Notes under the pieces: model-generated | Seen by the model: the letters and a program-made list of their open reading frames with translations, nothing else | Told to the model about the DNA's origin: nothing | Database searches by the model: none | In this document: positions 47,449-60,369 of the stretch, one piece after another | Numbering within the stretch: position 1 is the first letter of the stretch | How the letters are laid out: each line of letters starts with the position of its first letter | Source: Monocercomonoides exilis PA203 | Taxonomy: Eukaryota; Protista; Preaxostyla | NCBI GenBank assembly: GCA_001643675.2 | Contig: LSRY02000026.1 | Coordinates: 744,001 to 808,000 of the forward strand | DNA length: 64,000 nucleotides | Reading direction: 5' to 3' | Translations under genes and position numbers: made by a program

Positions 47449-49576
47449 GAGAAATAGTCCTCCATTCATCATCAAATCGTTTTCCTCATCTTCACGAATG
47501 CTTTCAAACGAATGCCATATCGCCCTATTCTGCTGAATGTCTCTGGTTGAGCATTGCTTTCCCAAGCTTCCCTGTGCAGAATAATGAATCGCATCTCTCT
47601 GAACTGGCTGCCCCTTCAAACGCGGTGCCTCTTCAGTTGCTCTGGAGAGTGCAGGCATTTGTGTGTTAAGCTCCTTTTGCATCCTGAAATCTTTCAGCTT
47701 CATAAAAGAATCTTCATCGTTTTCCTCGTTTTCGTTGATGGGATTGTCTTCTTCCATATCGCCTTCTTCTTTTGTTTTTTTTTTCCTTTCATCTCCAAAA
47801 CGATCTGTTTTTCTTCCTTTTAGTTCTTTTGCAAGTTGGCTCCTATTTTTGGAATAGGCAGGAAATTGTGAATTGAAAGAAGTGAAGTGAGATACTCCAC
47901 CTATTCCATCAGATTGGTAGTTGACTTCCTCATCTTCTGAATCATCAAAATATGCACATTCAATCAGTCGCTCCTGATTGAATTTCGATGCATCGCCAGT
48001 ATCTTCATATGCATAGTCAGATTCATAATCTCCTTTACACCCCAGTTCATCATCATCTTCTCCTTCATCACCATCCTCATCATCGCTTTCATCCTTGACA
48101 TCATCTTCATCCGGATAATCATTCGCAAAATACCCTTCTGAATTGCTATCTTCATCGTCCCCATCTCCACACAGCATTCTTTCGTCTTCTTCTTCCATCT
48201 GTCTTGCATAGTCTTCTTCCACATCGTATTCATCGTCCACAAGCATATCAGGCACTTCCCTCTCTCTCTCTCCAATCCTCTGGAATTTCTTCCCTCTTCT
48301 TCCTCCCACCCACCTTCTTCCAACTTGCTCATTCTCCACAACCAGCATTCGCTTCGCATTCGCCACAGCAGGATCATCAGCCCCGCTGTCGTAATCGTCT
48401 CCGTCGTGCACAAACTGCTCCTCCCATTCCGTCAGTATGCGATGCATGTCCTCCGGAGAACGGGCCGATGAATTGAGTGAAGGTGTAAATGGGAACGATG
48501 AAGGAGAAGGAAGCGAAGAGATTCCTCCGGTCGCTCCAGATTTAACCTCGTGATTGAAAATGAGATATGGATCGTGCAGATAATAGGATTCTACAGACAT
48601 AGATGGAGCGGTTGCAACCAGAACAGATTGTGACGGAAAATTCAGTGTAGTTTTTTCAGATGAATGAGAAGAAGACGACTGTAATGGAGAAGAGATAAAT
48701 TCAGCACTTTGATCAACACCTTTACCATGCTGATGCAATGTAGAAAGATGTGACAAAAAATCAAATGCTGTTGGGCCTTGATTGAGTAAGGAATCATCCA
48801 TCTTTTCATTTGCAATTGATTTCACAGAAATTAATTCGTAATATTCAAATTGTTCATGATTTTGTAAGGGCCTTTTTCTTTTGATGACTTCATCTGCACT
48901 TTCTTCATTTCTTTTTAAATCATCGGTTTCACTGACCCATCTTTTTAGATTTCTTTGCTTTGGATCTTCAATTAACGCAGGAATTGTGACATCAGTAAAT
49001 TTATATTGTTTTCTTCCTTTTTTCCTATTTGGCATTTCAGATCTCGATTTAAGTAATTTAGCAAGATCTCCTTCAGCTGGTTTTCGGTTACTAATTGAAA
49101 AATTAAAATCTTTCCTCAGAGCTTTAAGTTTTTCTTTTCTTCGTTTTTGTGCTTTTTCTAATGACTCGTTTTGTCTTTTCGCCTTTTGCTCTTCTTTAAA
49201 AATTTGCGGAGCTTTTAAGAAATTAACTTGAACATGATTTTTCCCGGTCTTCGCATCAGGCTCAAATGATATTTGAAAATCAACAAATTTTCGATTCTTT
49301 GGAGAAGAATGAAGTTTGCTCAATTTCTTTTCATTTTCAATGTTTCCTCCATAAACGCGACGTAAAATTGCATGAGGCTTTTCCTCTTTTGAAAGTCAAA
49401 ATTTCATAAAATATTAGATCACTATGAAAAGGCAAACCATGCTCAAGATCAATAACACTAGAAAGTGGAGAAGGTGGAGTCAACTCGTTTTCATTAGATG
49501 TTAAAACAAGATATTCTGCTGGTGTGCTTTTCGGTGTTTGTTTACAACGAAAAAATAATTGTGAAGAATCAGACAT
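46813..49576 (-). CDS. IWR1: Iwr1/SLC7A6OS-like RNA polymerase II nuclear import factor, greatly extended (~903 aa)
   Basis: Signature DSNSEGYFANDYPDED and N-terminal FFRCKQ..TPAEYLVL. A 52-bp intron at 49386-49437 (GTTTG..ctaat..AAG) joins the 49337-49576 and 46813-49323 ORFs in frame. Confidence 0.65.
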
Positions 49577-49711
49577 TTATTATGGAAATTTTCAACAAAT
49601 TCCATTCAACGAAAAAAGAAAAAAGTGTTTAAACGAATTACAATAATAAGAAAATGTATGCTAAATAAAAAGAGGAAAAAAAAAATGTTGCTGTCAAAAA
49701 ACACTATATGT

Positions 49712-51716
49712 TTATTTCAGCTGTTCTAATATTTGAAGTTCTTTATCCATTTTTTCCTGTCTCTTCTCTTCTCTAAGCATCCTCAGATATTCCTCGTGAA
49801 GTGGCTGGAATTCCCTCGTTTTAAGCTCGTACCATTTTACATATTCCTCAGGTCCGTCATCAGGCGGCTCGATCTGAGGTTGTTTTGTTGGCTGATTCAT
49901 TCTCCATTCCAAATATTCATTCTTTTTGATGAAAGAAATTATATTCAAAAAAAGAAAAGAGAGAAAAGAAAAGAGAGAAAAGAGAGAAAAGAAAAGAGAG
50001 AAAAGAGAAGAAGAGAAGAGAAGAGAAGAGAAGAGAAGAGAAGAGAAGAGAAGAGAAGAGAAGAGAAGAGAAGAGAAGAGAAGAGAAGAGAAGAGAAGAG
50101 AAGAGAAGAGAAGAGAAGAGAAGAGAAGAGAAGAGAAGAGAAGAGAAGAGAAGAGAAGAGAAGAGAAGAGAAGAGAAGAGAAGAGAAGAGAAGAGAAGAG
50201 AAGAGAAGAGAAGAGAAGAGAAGAGAAGAGAAGAGAAGAGAAGAGAAGAAAAGAGATGAGAAAAGAGAGAGAGAGATAGATAAAAGATATCAATTAATTT
50301 CATTCCAATACATCACAATCAAAACAATAAACAAAAAAATAAAAAATAAAAATAAAAATAAAAATTATTTATATTATTTTTTATTTATAATTTTTCAAAC
50401 CATTTTTCTTTTTTCTTCGATCAATCTTTGCAAGGCAAAGAACTGAATCTCCTTCTTTTTCAGCTTTTTGCCGGCACTTTTGCCGACTTCTTCGATTTCC
50501 CTCTCCATTTCTTCGATTTCTGCTTCGATTTGAGACGAAGGAAGAAAACCAGCAGTGATCGCAAAGGGAGAAGAAGAAGAAGAAGAAGAAGAAGAGAGAG
50601 GAGAAAGAGAAGAGGAAGAGGAAGAAAAGGAAGAAGAAGGAAAAGCTGAAGTTTTGTTCTTTTTCCCAGTTTTGCTTGGGGAAAAGACCGAATTGTATGG
50701 AATGGTTGATTGGAGAGGGATGTAAAAGGGTTCTTGTTGAAGATTGATTAAATTAGAAGAAGAAGAAGAAGAAGAGGAGGAGGAGGAGGAGGAGGAGGAA
50801 GAAGGTTCATTTATTAATTCAGATACACCAAATGAAAGATCTTTGGAAGAAGAAGAAGAAGAGGAAGAGGAAGAAGAAGAGGGAAAAGAGGAAGAGGAAG
50901 AAGAAGAAGAAGAAGAAGGCAAAGAAAGTGTCTGTGATATCATCTTCATTGTGGATATTCCTTCTCTCTGTGTTGCTGTCCAGTTCTTCAGACGCGTTGA
51001 AGGAGGTGGGGCAACAAGGGAATATATTCCTATTGTTAATGAGGGAGAGAGAGAGAGAGAGAGAGAAAACGAAAAAAAAAGAGAGAGAATGAAAAAAAGA
51101 AAAAAAAGAAAGAAAAGAAAAAAAGAAAAGAAAAGAACAGAATAATATTTTATAGAATATTTATATATATATAATTTTTTTTTTATAGCAACATTCATCC
51201 AAACCTCTTATATTGCTCTCCTTCTGCACAGCATCATTCTTTTCTGCCACAGCAGGTGGAGGAGATGTGAATTCACCATATGGATCAAAAACTTTCGTCT
51301 TCTGCAAATCTGAAGAAACATAATTATTCCCTTTCTTCTTCTTATTCTTCTTCTTTTCTTCTTCTTTTTTGAATGAATCAAGCGAATAAGCCGATGGCAC
51401 ATTCTTCATATTTCTCCGTTTCTCCGCCTCCCTTTCTTTCTCCATCTTCTCTCTTTCTCTCTCTTTCCTTTTTGCTTCCAATTCTTTTTGCTCTTCTTTC
51501 AGCCTCATCATTTCATAAGCTGACCCTTTCATTTCGTATATCATTTCATCAATAGAATTCACCAGCTGCTCTGTTTCCTTTCGGTTTATTTCATCTTCCA
51601 GCAGTTCTTGTTCTCTTTCTCTGTCTTTCGCCGTCTTCTTCTTCTTCTTGTAGGAAGAATGGGATATCAGAGAAGTGCCTGGAAAATATATTGGTTTGAG
51701 TAATATTTAAATGAAT

Positions 51717-51749
<33 letters not shown>

Positions 51750-54503
51750 ATAATAATAATAATAATAAATATAAATATAAATACAAATTGTTCGAATAAG
51801 TATGAATAAAAGAGAAGAACGGAAAATAAGAAATATATCAAAATAAATTAATATTTATTGGAGAAAAAAAAATGGAACAAAAAATTCTTTTTCTCAATTC
51901 GAAATATCTTCCTCTTTTTAATCAAAAAACAGGAAATAAAAATTCTTTTCCCCTTTTCCAAAAAGAAAAGAAAAGAAAAGAAAAGAAAAGAAATAAAACA
52001 AACCATCATAACCAGAATACAAAATCGATGCTTCTTTCTCTTCTTTCTCCTTCTGTTTCTTCTCTTTCTCCTTCGCTTTCATCAGCTGAACCATCTCTTT
52101 CTTCACAGGAATGCGAAAATCAGCATGCGAAGAAGGAGGAAGAAGAATATCAGCCACATCCACACGCTCTGCTGTGGTGTATGGATTGAAGGGGACAAGA
52201 TGAGAAGAAGAGGAAGAAGAAGAAGAAGAGGGAAAAGAAGAAGAATTTCTATTTGATGAAGAAGAAGAAGCATTAGAACTTCCATAGCTAAAAGCAGAAG
52301 GTCTTTCCCCTGGTGGAAGCAAAGAATCGTACCATCCTGTTCGCAAATGAGGGAGACGAGCAAGAATTGGATTCTCAACAGCTTCTGCTGCTTCTGCCAG
52401 GCTTTCACGAAGAATATTGGTGGAAGAGGAAGAGAAAGAAGAAGAAGAGAAAGGCCGAAGCGAAGGAACAGCAGCAGGAGAGGAAGAAGGCTGGTTTCTT
52501 TCTCCTTTCTGTTCTTTTTGAAGCTTCGGAGAAATTCCATTCGGAGAATTAGCAGACATCCCAATCCTTTCTGAATGAGGTGTGGAAGGAGGTGTCAAAA
52601 GCTCATCTGCTTCTTCTTCTCTTTCCCTTCCTTCTTCTCCTTCTTCCCTTTCTTCTCTATCATATTCCTCTCCATCTTCTTCCTGAGTAGCCAAATTAGT
52701 CCCCACAGAACGCACAGCTTGCTGTCTCCCGGAGAAACTCGATTTCGGAGAAATAGAAGAAGAAGAAGAAGAAGAAGAAGAAGAAGAAGGCTGAAGAAGC
52801 GATGAATGAGAAGGATAATCCAATCCAGTTGATGGAATGATCAGCATGTGCTGCCCTTTCTCGTCGCTGTTGATTGTCATCAGAGGCTTTCTGTCAGAGA
52901 AGTCGTATTGTGAGGCTGATGGTTGACATGATGGAGTTGTTGAGGGAAATATAAGGAAAATAAAAATTTTAACAAAAAAATAAATAAAATAAAATAAATA
53001 AATAAATTGAATGAAAAATAATGTAAAAAAAGTTCAAATTTTATTCAAAAAATTAAACAAAAAAACAAAATCACCTAAATTCCCTTCCAAACCATTCGAA
53101 GATCCCAAACACTGCTGCTGCTGTGTCGCATTCATTCCAATTCCTATTCCCTTCACCACCCTCTTCACCGGCTTCTCCTTCCTCCACCCAGCATCATACT
53201 CCTTCATCTCCCTCTCAAACTGCTTTTCCGCCTCTTTCTCCTCCAAAATGTGCTGCATCGTCCTCTGTGAGCCTATCAAAAACGATGGAACAGGCGGAAT
53301 TTCGTCTTGTGCGCTTATACTTCGGCTTGCTCTGCTGCTTCCCAGCAGACTCGGAATGTTTCTCGAATATCTTTCTTCGCTTTCTCCTTCTCTTTCTCCT
53401 TCTCCTCTTCCTCTTCCTCTCTCTTCTTCATTACCTCCTTCTCCCTCTGCTTCAAATTCTCTCTCATAAAATTCTGGTGGATCTGAAGAACTTCTGCCAA
53501 ACATGCTATTTTTCGGACTTTCTTCTTGTCGAGAGCTGAAACTGCCTTCAAACCTGCTCTGATTCCTTCCCGAATTCAAACTCTGTTCTCCTTTTCCTTC
53601 ATTCCTCTCATTCTTTTCTCTTCTCTCATTCTTCTCGTTTCTTTCCCTTTCTTCCCTCGCTGCTTCGTAATACCCTCCTCTCTTGCCTCCATCCTGCGCG
53701 TCGGCTTCATTCGCCGAAATCGGCGTGATTTGCCTCCCCATCGGCGTCACTTTTATTGTGGCTCTGCCATTCGACGGCGAAAAGCTGCTTGACGAAGACA
53801 GAAAATCTGACCCTCCGCTCTCGCTGAAAATCGTGCTCATCGACGATTCTCCGTTAGCAGACTTTCTTTTCCTTTGTGCGGAGGTCGGAGAGATGGAAAG
53901 CGTGGCTGGCTTAATTTGGCGTTTGATCTGATTTGTGCCTGCAAATTGTGAAAGAGGCGTAGAAAGAGATGGAGGACATTGGGTGGAAGTGAAGGGCGCA
54001 TGCGGAGAAGGCACAAAAGTCGAGGAACGAGGAATATCGTCAGGAGATGAAGCTTTGTGAGTAAGTGCCAATGACTCATGTTCAGATCCAACCTTTGTTC
54101 CTTTTTCGTGAACAAATCGGGGCGATGACGGCCTTCTATAAAACTGTGGAGTTCTTGGTTGAGTTGCAGCAAAATCAGATAAACCATAGTCTACTCCTTC
54201 TTCAGGATATCTTGCTCTAGTTGTTCGGGAAAGTGGAGCTGGAATGGAGGAAACAGGATGAACTGCAGACACAAAACGCGTATCTGCTGGAACTCTATAT
54301 GCAGGAAAACCACAATTAGTTCCATAAGCAATGTTATGTGGTTGTAATTTTTTTTTATCCACAAGAACTGTTCTTCCAGGACGGCTGGATGTTGAAGCAA
54401 GAGCCATGCTTGCTTCTTTATTTTCTTCATATCTTATTTTTACAGTATTAACTCCAGGAGGAGCTCTTGTCGAAGTCAGAAGAGAAGGCTCATCAAGAAT
54501 CAT
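49712..54503 (-). CDS. Multi-exon low-complexity Ser/Glu-rich protein of unknown function (~5 exons)
   Basis: Successive minus-strand ORFs (53034-54503, 51918-52880, 51161-51562, 50395-51198, 3' part of 49712-50293) are separated by AT-rich GT-AG introns, e.g. donor at 53074 and intron 49922-50400. Confidence 0.7.
50011..50245 (+). repeat. Perfect (AAGAG)x47 pentanucleotide microsatellite, intronic
   Basis: Read directly; lies within intron 49922-50400. Confidence 0.97.
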
Positions 54504-54751
54504 TTATTCTGAAATGTAAGTGTATTTAGAAATTGAAAATTGTTAAAACAAAAGAAGTCATTAAAAAAATAAAAATTTGTGCAATACATTACAAATAGCT
54601 TTTGTATTTTTCAAAAGATTTTTGAGAAATTTCTTTTATTTAAAATTTAACTGAAATATGTTATATTAAGGGATCAACAAAAGATCAAGGACATGGGGGA
54701 TTTTTGATCGGAATTAATTGTTGTATTATTTCGTGTAACACAAACCGAAAG
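54504..54751. promoter_or_regulatory. Short divergent intergenic region, putative bidirectional promoter
   Basis: Only 248 bp separate head-to-head ATGs at 54503 (-) and 54752 (+). Confidence 0.45.
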
Positions 54752-57127
54752 ATGGCAGCAGAAGTTTGTTGCTTCGGCCTTTAAATGTATTTTTATTATT
54801 AACAAAAATTTGCTTTGATCAGGCATTGGAACTGAAAACCAAGGGAAATAATGCTTTTTCTTCAGGTGATTACGATATGGCTGTAGATTTTTTTACACAA
54901 GCCATTCGTCTCGATCCAAATAATCATGTTTTGTATTCCAACCGTTCTGCAGCATATGCTCAACTCAGCAAATATAATGAGGCTCTTGAAGATGCTGAAA
55001 AATGTGTCGAAATAAATCCAGCGTTTGTGAAAGGATATTCGCGAAAAGGTGCTGCTCTATATGGACTTCATCGCCTGGAAGATGCGAAAAAGGCATATGA
55101 AGCTGGACTTGAAAAAGATCCAAACAACGCTGCTTGCAAAGAAGGAATTGAATCAATCAATGAAATTGAGAATCCACCTGAATCTGCTGCTGATAAAACG
55201 ATTGAAAACTTATTTGCAAATGTTAAACAAGTTGCTATGAATCATCCAAAATTGAAAAGCAAATGCTCTGATCCTGCATTTATGCAGAAGTTAGAAAATT
55301 TGCAATCAAACCCAAAAGAAGCTTTCACAACAGCTCTTATGGATCCTGAACTTCAACCATTGATCGCTGCGCTGTTGAATATTCCAGATGAAACATTTGA
55401 AGCAGCACAACGTCGTGCAGAAGAACAATCAAGAATGGGAGATCCATTCCCACATGACACTGGATACGGTTCATCTTCCACACCATATTCATCTTCCACT
55501 TCATCAAGTTCATATGCTTCCACGAGTTCTCAGCCTCCAAAGCCAGCAGCACCGACTATTGATCCAAATTCCCCAATAGCTCGCGCAATTAAGGAGAAGG
55601 AGATTGGAAATGATTTTTATAAGAAGAAGAAGTTTGATGAGGCTATTGTGCACTATGAAAGGGCTATCCAGCTGGATCCTCATCAAATGAGTTTCCATTT
55701 GAACAGAGCAGCATGCTTTGTTGAGATGGCAAATGCTAAGGACAAAATGGCCGAGGCTGCTTCAAAGTCATCAGAGGAACAGCCATTTGATGTTGAAGGA
55801 AGCATCAAGAAGCTTCAAACAGAAAGAGATACAAGAAAGCAAAGAATTGAAGAAGAGAAAGAGTTGCGCAGAAAGGCAAAGCAAGAAGCTAAAGAAAGCA
55901 AAAATTTGAGAATGAAATTGGGAAAGAAGAGGAAGGTTGATGAGGATGAAGAGGAAGTTAAGAAAGATACCATTTCTGCTGATGATGAAGATGAAGAGGA
56001 AGGAAAACAGAAGGAGATTGAAGCAGAAGAGAGCGAGGAAGAGATTGAGAAGGAGAAGATGGAAGAAGACGAAGAGGAAAAAGAATCAGAGATTGAAGAA
56101 ATGGAAGTGAAAGAAGAAGCACCTCTTCCAACAGACATAGGTTCATTGATTGAATACTGCACCAAAGAAAAGAATGAACTGTATGAAATGGCGATGAAAT
56201 CATGCGAAGTTGCTATTGACATTTCAGAAACACACAGAGAAAGAAAGGAGAACAGCGATGAGATGAGAGCAAAAGCGTTTTTGAGAATGTGCAACATCGA
56301 AATTAAGAGGAAGAGATACCCAGAAGCTGAACGTTTCGTCGAAAAATCGCTTCTAGAGCACAGAACCGACGATGCAGTGAAGAAGCAGAAGGAATTGAAA
56401 GAGCTGATCAAAAAGAAGGAAGAAGAAGACTATCTGGACGATGCGAAGGGAGAAGAAGCCAGACTGCGTGGAAACGACTTGTTTGCTTCAGGCCAGTTTG
56501 CCGAGGCCATTAAGGAATACACAGACGCCATCAAGAGGAACCCGAAGGATGTGCGTACGTGGTCTAACCGTGCTGCCTGCCACACGAAGCTGATGAACTG
56601 GTCGGGTGCTCTTGACGACTGCGACAGAGCACTTAAGCTTGACCCCAAGTTTATTAAGGCCTATGTGAGAAAGGCCAAAGTGCAGATATTCCTGAAGCAG
56701 TTCCCGCAGGCGATGAAGACAATTGAAGCTGGTATGGCTGTTGATTCATCAAACCAGGATCTTATTCAGGTGAACTACGAGTTGATGAAGAGAATCCAGG
56801 AATCTCAGCAAGATGGAAAAGCAGATGAGCAACAGATACAGCAAGCAATGCAAGATCCAGAAATCAGAGCTATTTTGCAGGATCCAGTGATGCAGAATGT
56901 GTTGAATGAAATGCAAACAGTTTGGATCACCTTTGTTTATTTAATGTTAAATATTAATAAATTTTTTTTTTAATTTATCTAATTATTATCAATTTTTTAA
57001 AAAAATAAATTTAAATTTATTTTACAAAATTTAGAATCCAATGAAAGTTCAGGAACATATGCGTAATCCAAAGATTGCAAATGCACTTGGCAAGCTTGTT
57101 GCAGCTGGTATTATAAAAACAAGATAA
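54752..57127 (+). CDS. STI1: Hsp70/Hsp90 organizing protein STI1/HOP (TPR1-DP1-TPR2A-TPR2B-DP2)
   Basis: Exons 54752-54763, 54823-56919, 57035-57127. Motifs KGNNAF..HVLYSNRSAAY, KEIGNDFYKKK, GNDLF..SNRAAC, AMQDPEIRAILQDPVM, LVAAGII. Confidence 0.95.
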
Positions 57128-60100
57128 GGCTTTGTTTTAAAAGGGGATTGAATTGTGGTTGATGGGCTTTTGTTTTTATTTAAACTTTTTTTATTCTTTG
57201 GTTTTATTAATTTAATAATTCTCTTTTTTCTTTCAAATCACTACCATTCGAACATTCGTATAATTCAATTAATTGAGAAAAAGAAGAATCTTTTAATTTG
57301 TTTTGAAAAAATATTTGAAAAGACATCGTAAAGGAAAAAATAATAACTATCTATTTGTTGACATTCTTTGAATGTCTGATATTACACTCGAAAAATGATT
57401 TTCACATGAAGTGTTTTTTAATACTGACTTTTTTATCCAGATTTACACATTTTTTCCCCCCTGATTAATACAGCTCACATTTCTTGTATTTTCACACATA
57501 TAGAACACAAAATGAGAAGATATTGATATGACTTTTTTGATGTTGAAATGCGAATTCGTAATCGATGAAGAGTGTATAAGGAGAGGTTTGACCCTCCATT
57601 TCTGATTTGTGCCTCTGCAGAGGAGTTTGTGTTTTTGCGCTGGGGATTGTTGAGCTCAATTTTAAACTAGAATTTTTTTTTATATCAAAAAAACATGGTA
57701 CAAAATATGACATTTCATGCATTTCCATTGAAAAATTATGCACATTTGATTCGCTTTTTGTGGACAACAGGTTTCAACAAAATGGGTTATGTTATTTTAA
57801 AATATACGTGTGAGACCACAAAACATTTTTTATTGATATCAGTGATGTTTGTTTACGCACTTGAAATTCAATATTATTTTGTATCTGAGAAAGTTAAATG
57901 AATTTGATAGAGAGACAAAGATTTTTTGTAATGAACATAAAAAGCTTGATAGTCCTTATCCACCCCTGCTCTTACGCCTTCCCCTTATTATTTTAGAAAA
58001 AGAATAATCAACACCAACATTTCATGAGTAGGAGCGTGGTGAAACAACATACTGATATTGCGTAAAAGAATATGAGAAAATTTTTGAAATCATTTCACTA
58101 TTTTTGAATAAGAAAATAAACTTGAACTTTTGGCAACAATAAAAACAAACAGATAATACAGTGCTGCTGACAAGGGAAATCTGTTCGATTTCTCTTATTC
58201 TTCAATTCATAGAGCTGAAACTGCTTGACCTCTCTGTTATGACAAAAGAAAAATGCAAAAATGATATCATGACTGAAAAATTTTTTTTCTATTTGTCAAA
58301 AAGCGTTATTGAAACGATTTCTGAATTTTTGTTCATACTAAAACATTATCAAAGAATCAAAATTAAACAATTCAAAATTTTTCCAAAACACAAAATTTTC
58401 AATTTTGATGATCAAGCACCTAACATTTTTTTTATTGACTGGAAATATCAGTTGATGAAATTTTCTGTCACACTTTGTCAGTAACTGTCAGTGCCGGTCA
58501 ATGACAAAAGTGTTAAGGACATATATTTCAGATGTTTTTGATTGATTTTCCAAAGCACAAATCAACATGTTAAACTCTACTCCTGTCGTTGATGTTACTG
58601 AAGTCTATTCGTTTCCAAATAAGATTCCTTGAATACAAAAAAATTTTTTCAACAAAAATGAAGGTGTAACAAAGCCAGCAGCTTCATGCTTGGGGAAAAA
58701 GAAATGTATATTTAACAGATATGGGGGAAAATACGGACTTTCAAGCTTTTTATGCACAAAGCATGAAAAAAATGTTTTTCTAATAACATTACCAAACTTT
58801 CTCAGATTTCAAAATAAATTTGATTTTTATAAATTTTATCATGCTTCATTGAAATCAAAACATCAAGTTTTCCAACATTTCACGAATGTCAAAAAATGGA
58901 CCCATTTTTATTGTGTTTTTTGTTCTCAAAAAGTCAATGAAAAGTGCATAATTTTTCAATGAAAATGCTTGGAGTGAAATATTTTACCGCATATAATATT
59001 GAAAAAAATATCAGGTTGATTATGTTGGAAGGATTTGTCCAAAGGAAAGAAAAGTCTTTGTGAAATAAAAGATATTGTTCAGAAAAAGGAGCATTTTCTG
59101 TATTTTTGCTAAATTTGATCGTTCGAAAAAACACTTTGGAAAAGCGAAAGAAAGATTAAGATTTCAAAACGTTTGTGCGTACAAGAATTTGGAACAATTG
59201 TTTGTTCAATGAGAAAAAGGAGTTTTTGTTGTATAATTTAAATATCTGAGTTATTTGTCATATGGAAATATAAAAATATTAAAAGATAAAAAGAAAATTG
59301 CGAGGGTAAATATCATTTCACCCTTTGATATTTTTTTATTTTTATGGAGTTAAAAAAAAAACCCAAAAAGATATTTTTTTTATAATCGAAAAAGTTACAA
59401 ACATAATCAAAAATTCGAAAAACAACGTAATTTTTCAAAAGGTTAACAAAAATCAATAAAAGTCAAAAAATATTCTCGTTGTTAAATGATCAATGATATT
59501 TGTTGTTTAAATGATTTTTCATTTCTTTTCCGATGTTTTTCTTTGCCTTCTTTTGTCCAATTACAAAAATAAGAAATGTGAGAGAAATTCTGACATATTT
59601 TTATCTAATTTCAATTGAAAGAACACAGCTTTTCAAAAGATTTGCAAAATATTATAACAACATTTTTTCACAATCAATGAAGAATGATACACGCAACATT
59701 GGCTCTCTTATTTCGCGTTTTTCATATCAAAAAACTCATTTCTTATGGATGGAAACAAATGTTTAATGTTTCGTTCAGAGTTTATGATTGAGTTTATTTT
59801 AATTCGAAATCTTCAAAATATGCAGAAAACAACAACACAAACATTGCTGATAACACTCACAAAAACAAAAGAATAAAATTTTTATCAATCGAATACTCTT
59901 TATAAAAGATTTTTTATATAGCAAATTATTCTATTTCGATTTTAAGCTTTTCGATTTCGTTTGCGTCTTTTTCGACTTCGAATGATATATTTCGACTTTG
60001 AATGAAAGTTTTAGGACTTTCAATAATTATTTGTGGTCTTTGTGAAAAAAGAACAAATTAAATGATACATAAAAATATTAACGATTGTGATTTAATAAAT

Positions 60101-60369
60101 AAAACAATTTGTTTTTTCTTTCTTGAATGATTCATTGAATACATCGTTGCACTTGAATGTCAACGAAAGCGAAAAGATATTGTTATTTATTTATTGATTT
60201 ATTTTTTCAAATATTGCAAAACCGTTTATTAAAAATATATGTTTTTTCTAATCAAACAAACAAATAAATAAAAAAAAACATTTTTTCGCCTGAATAAAAA
60301 AATCACCGAACAAAAACACATGCAACATAAAAACATTCATTCAAACAACCTTCCATTCAAACAAACATA

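Noticed and set aside
49733-50446. ORFs with EKRRE or LLFSS repeats
   Set aside because: Artefacts of the intronic AAGAG microsatellite.
57300-60300. Short ORFs and small hairpins in AT-rich DNA
   Set aside because: Compatible with chance in low-complexity sequence. No tRNA or rRNA was found here or elsewhere in the window.
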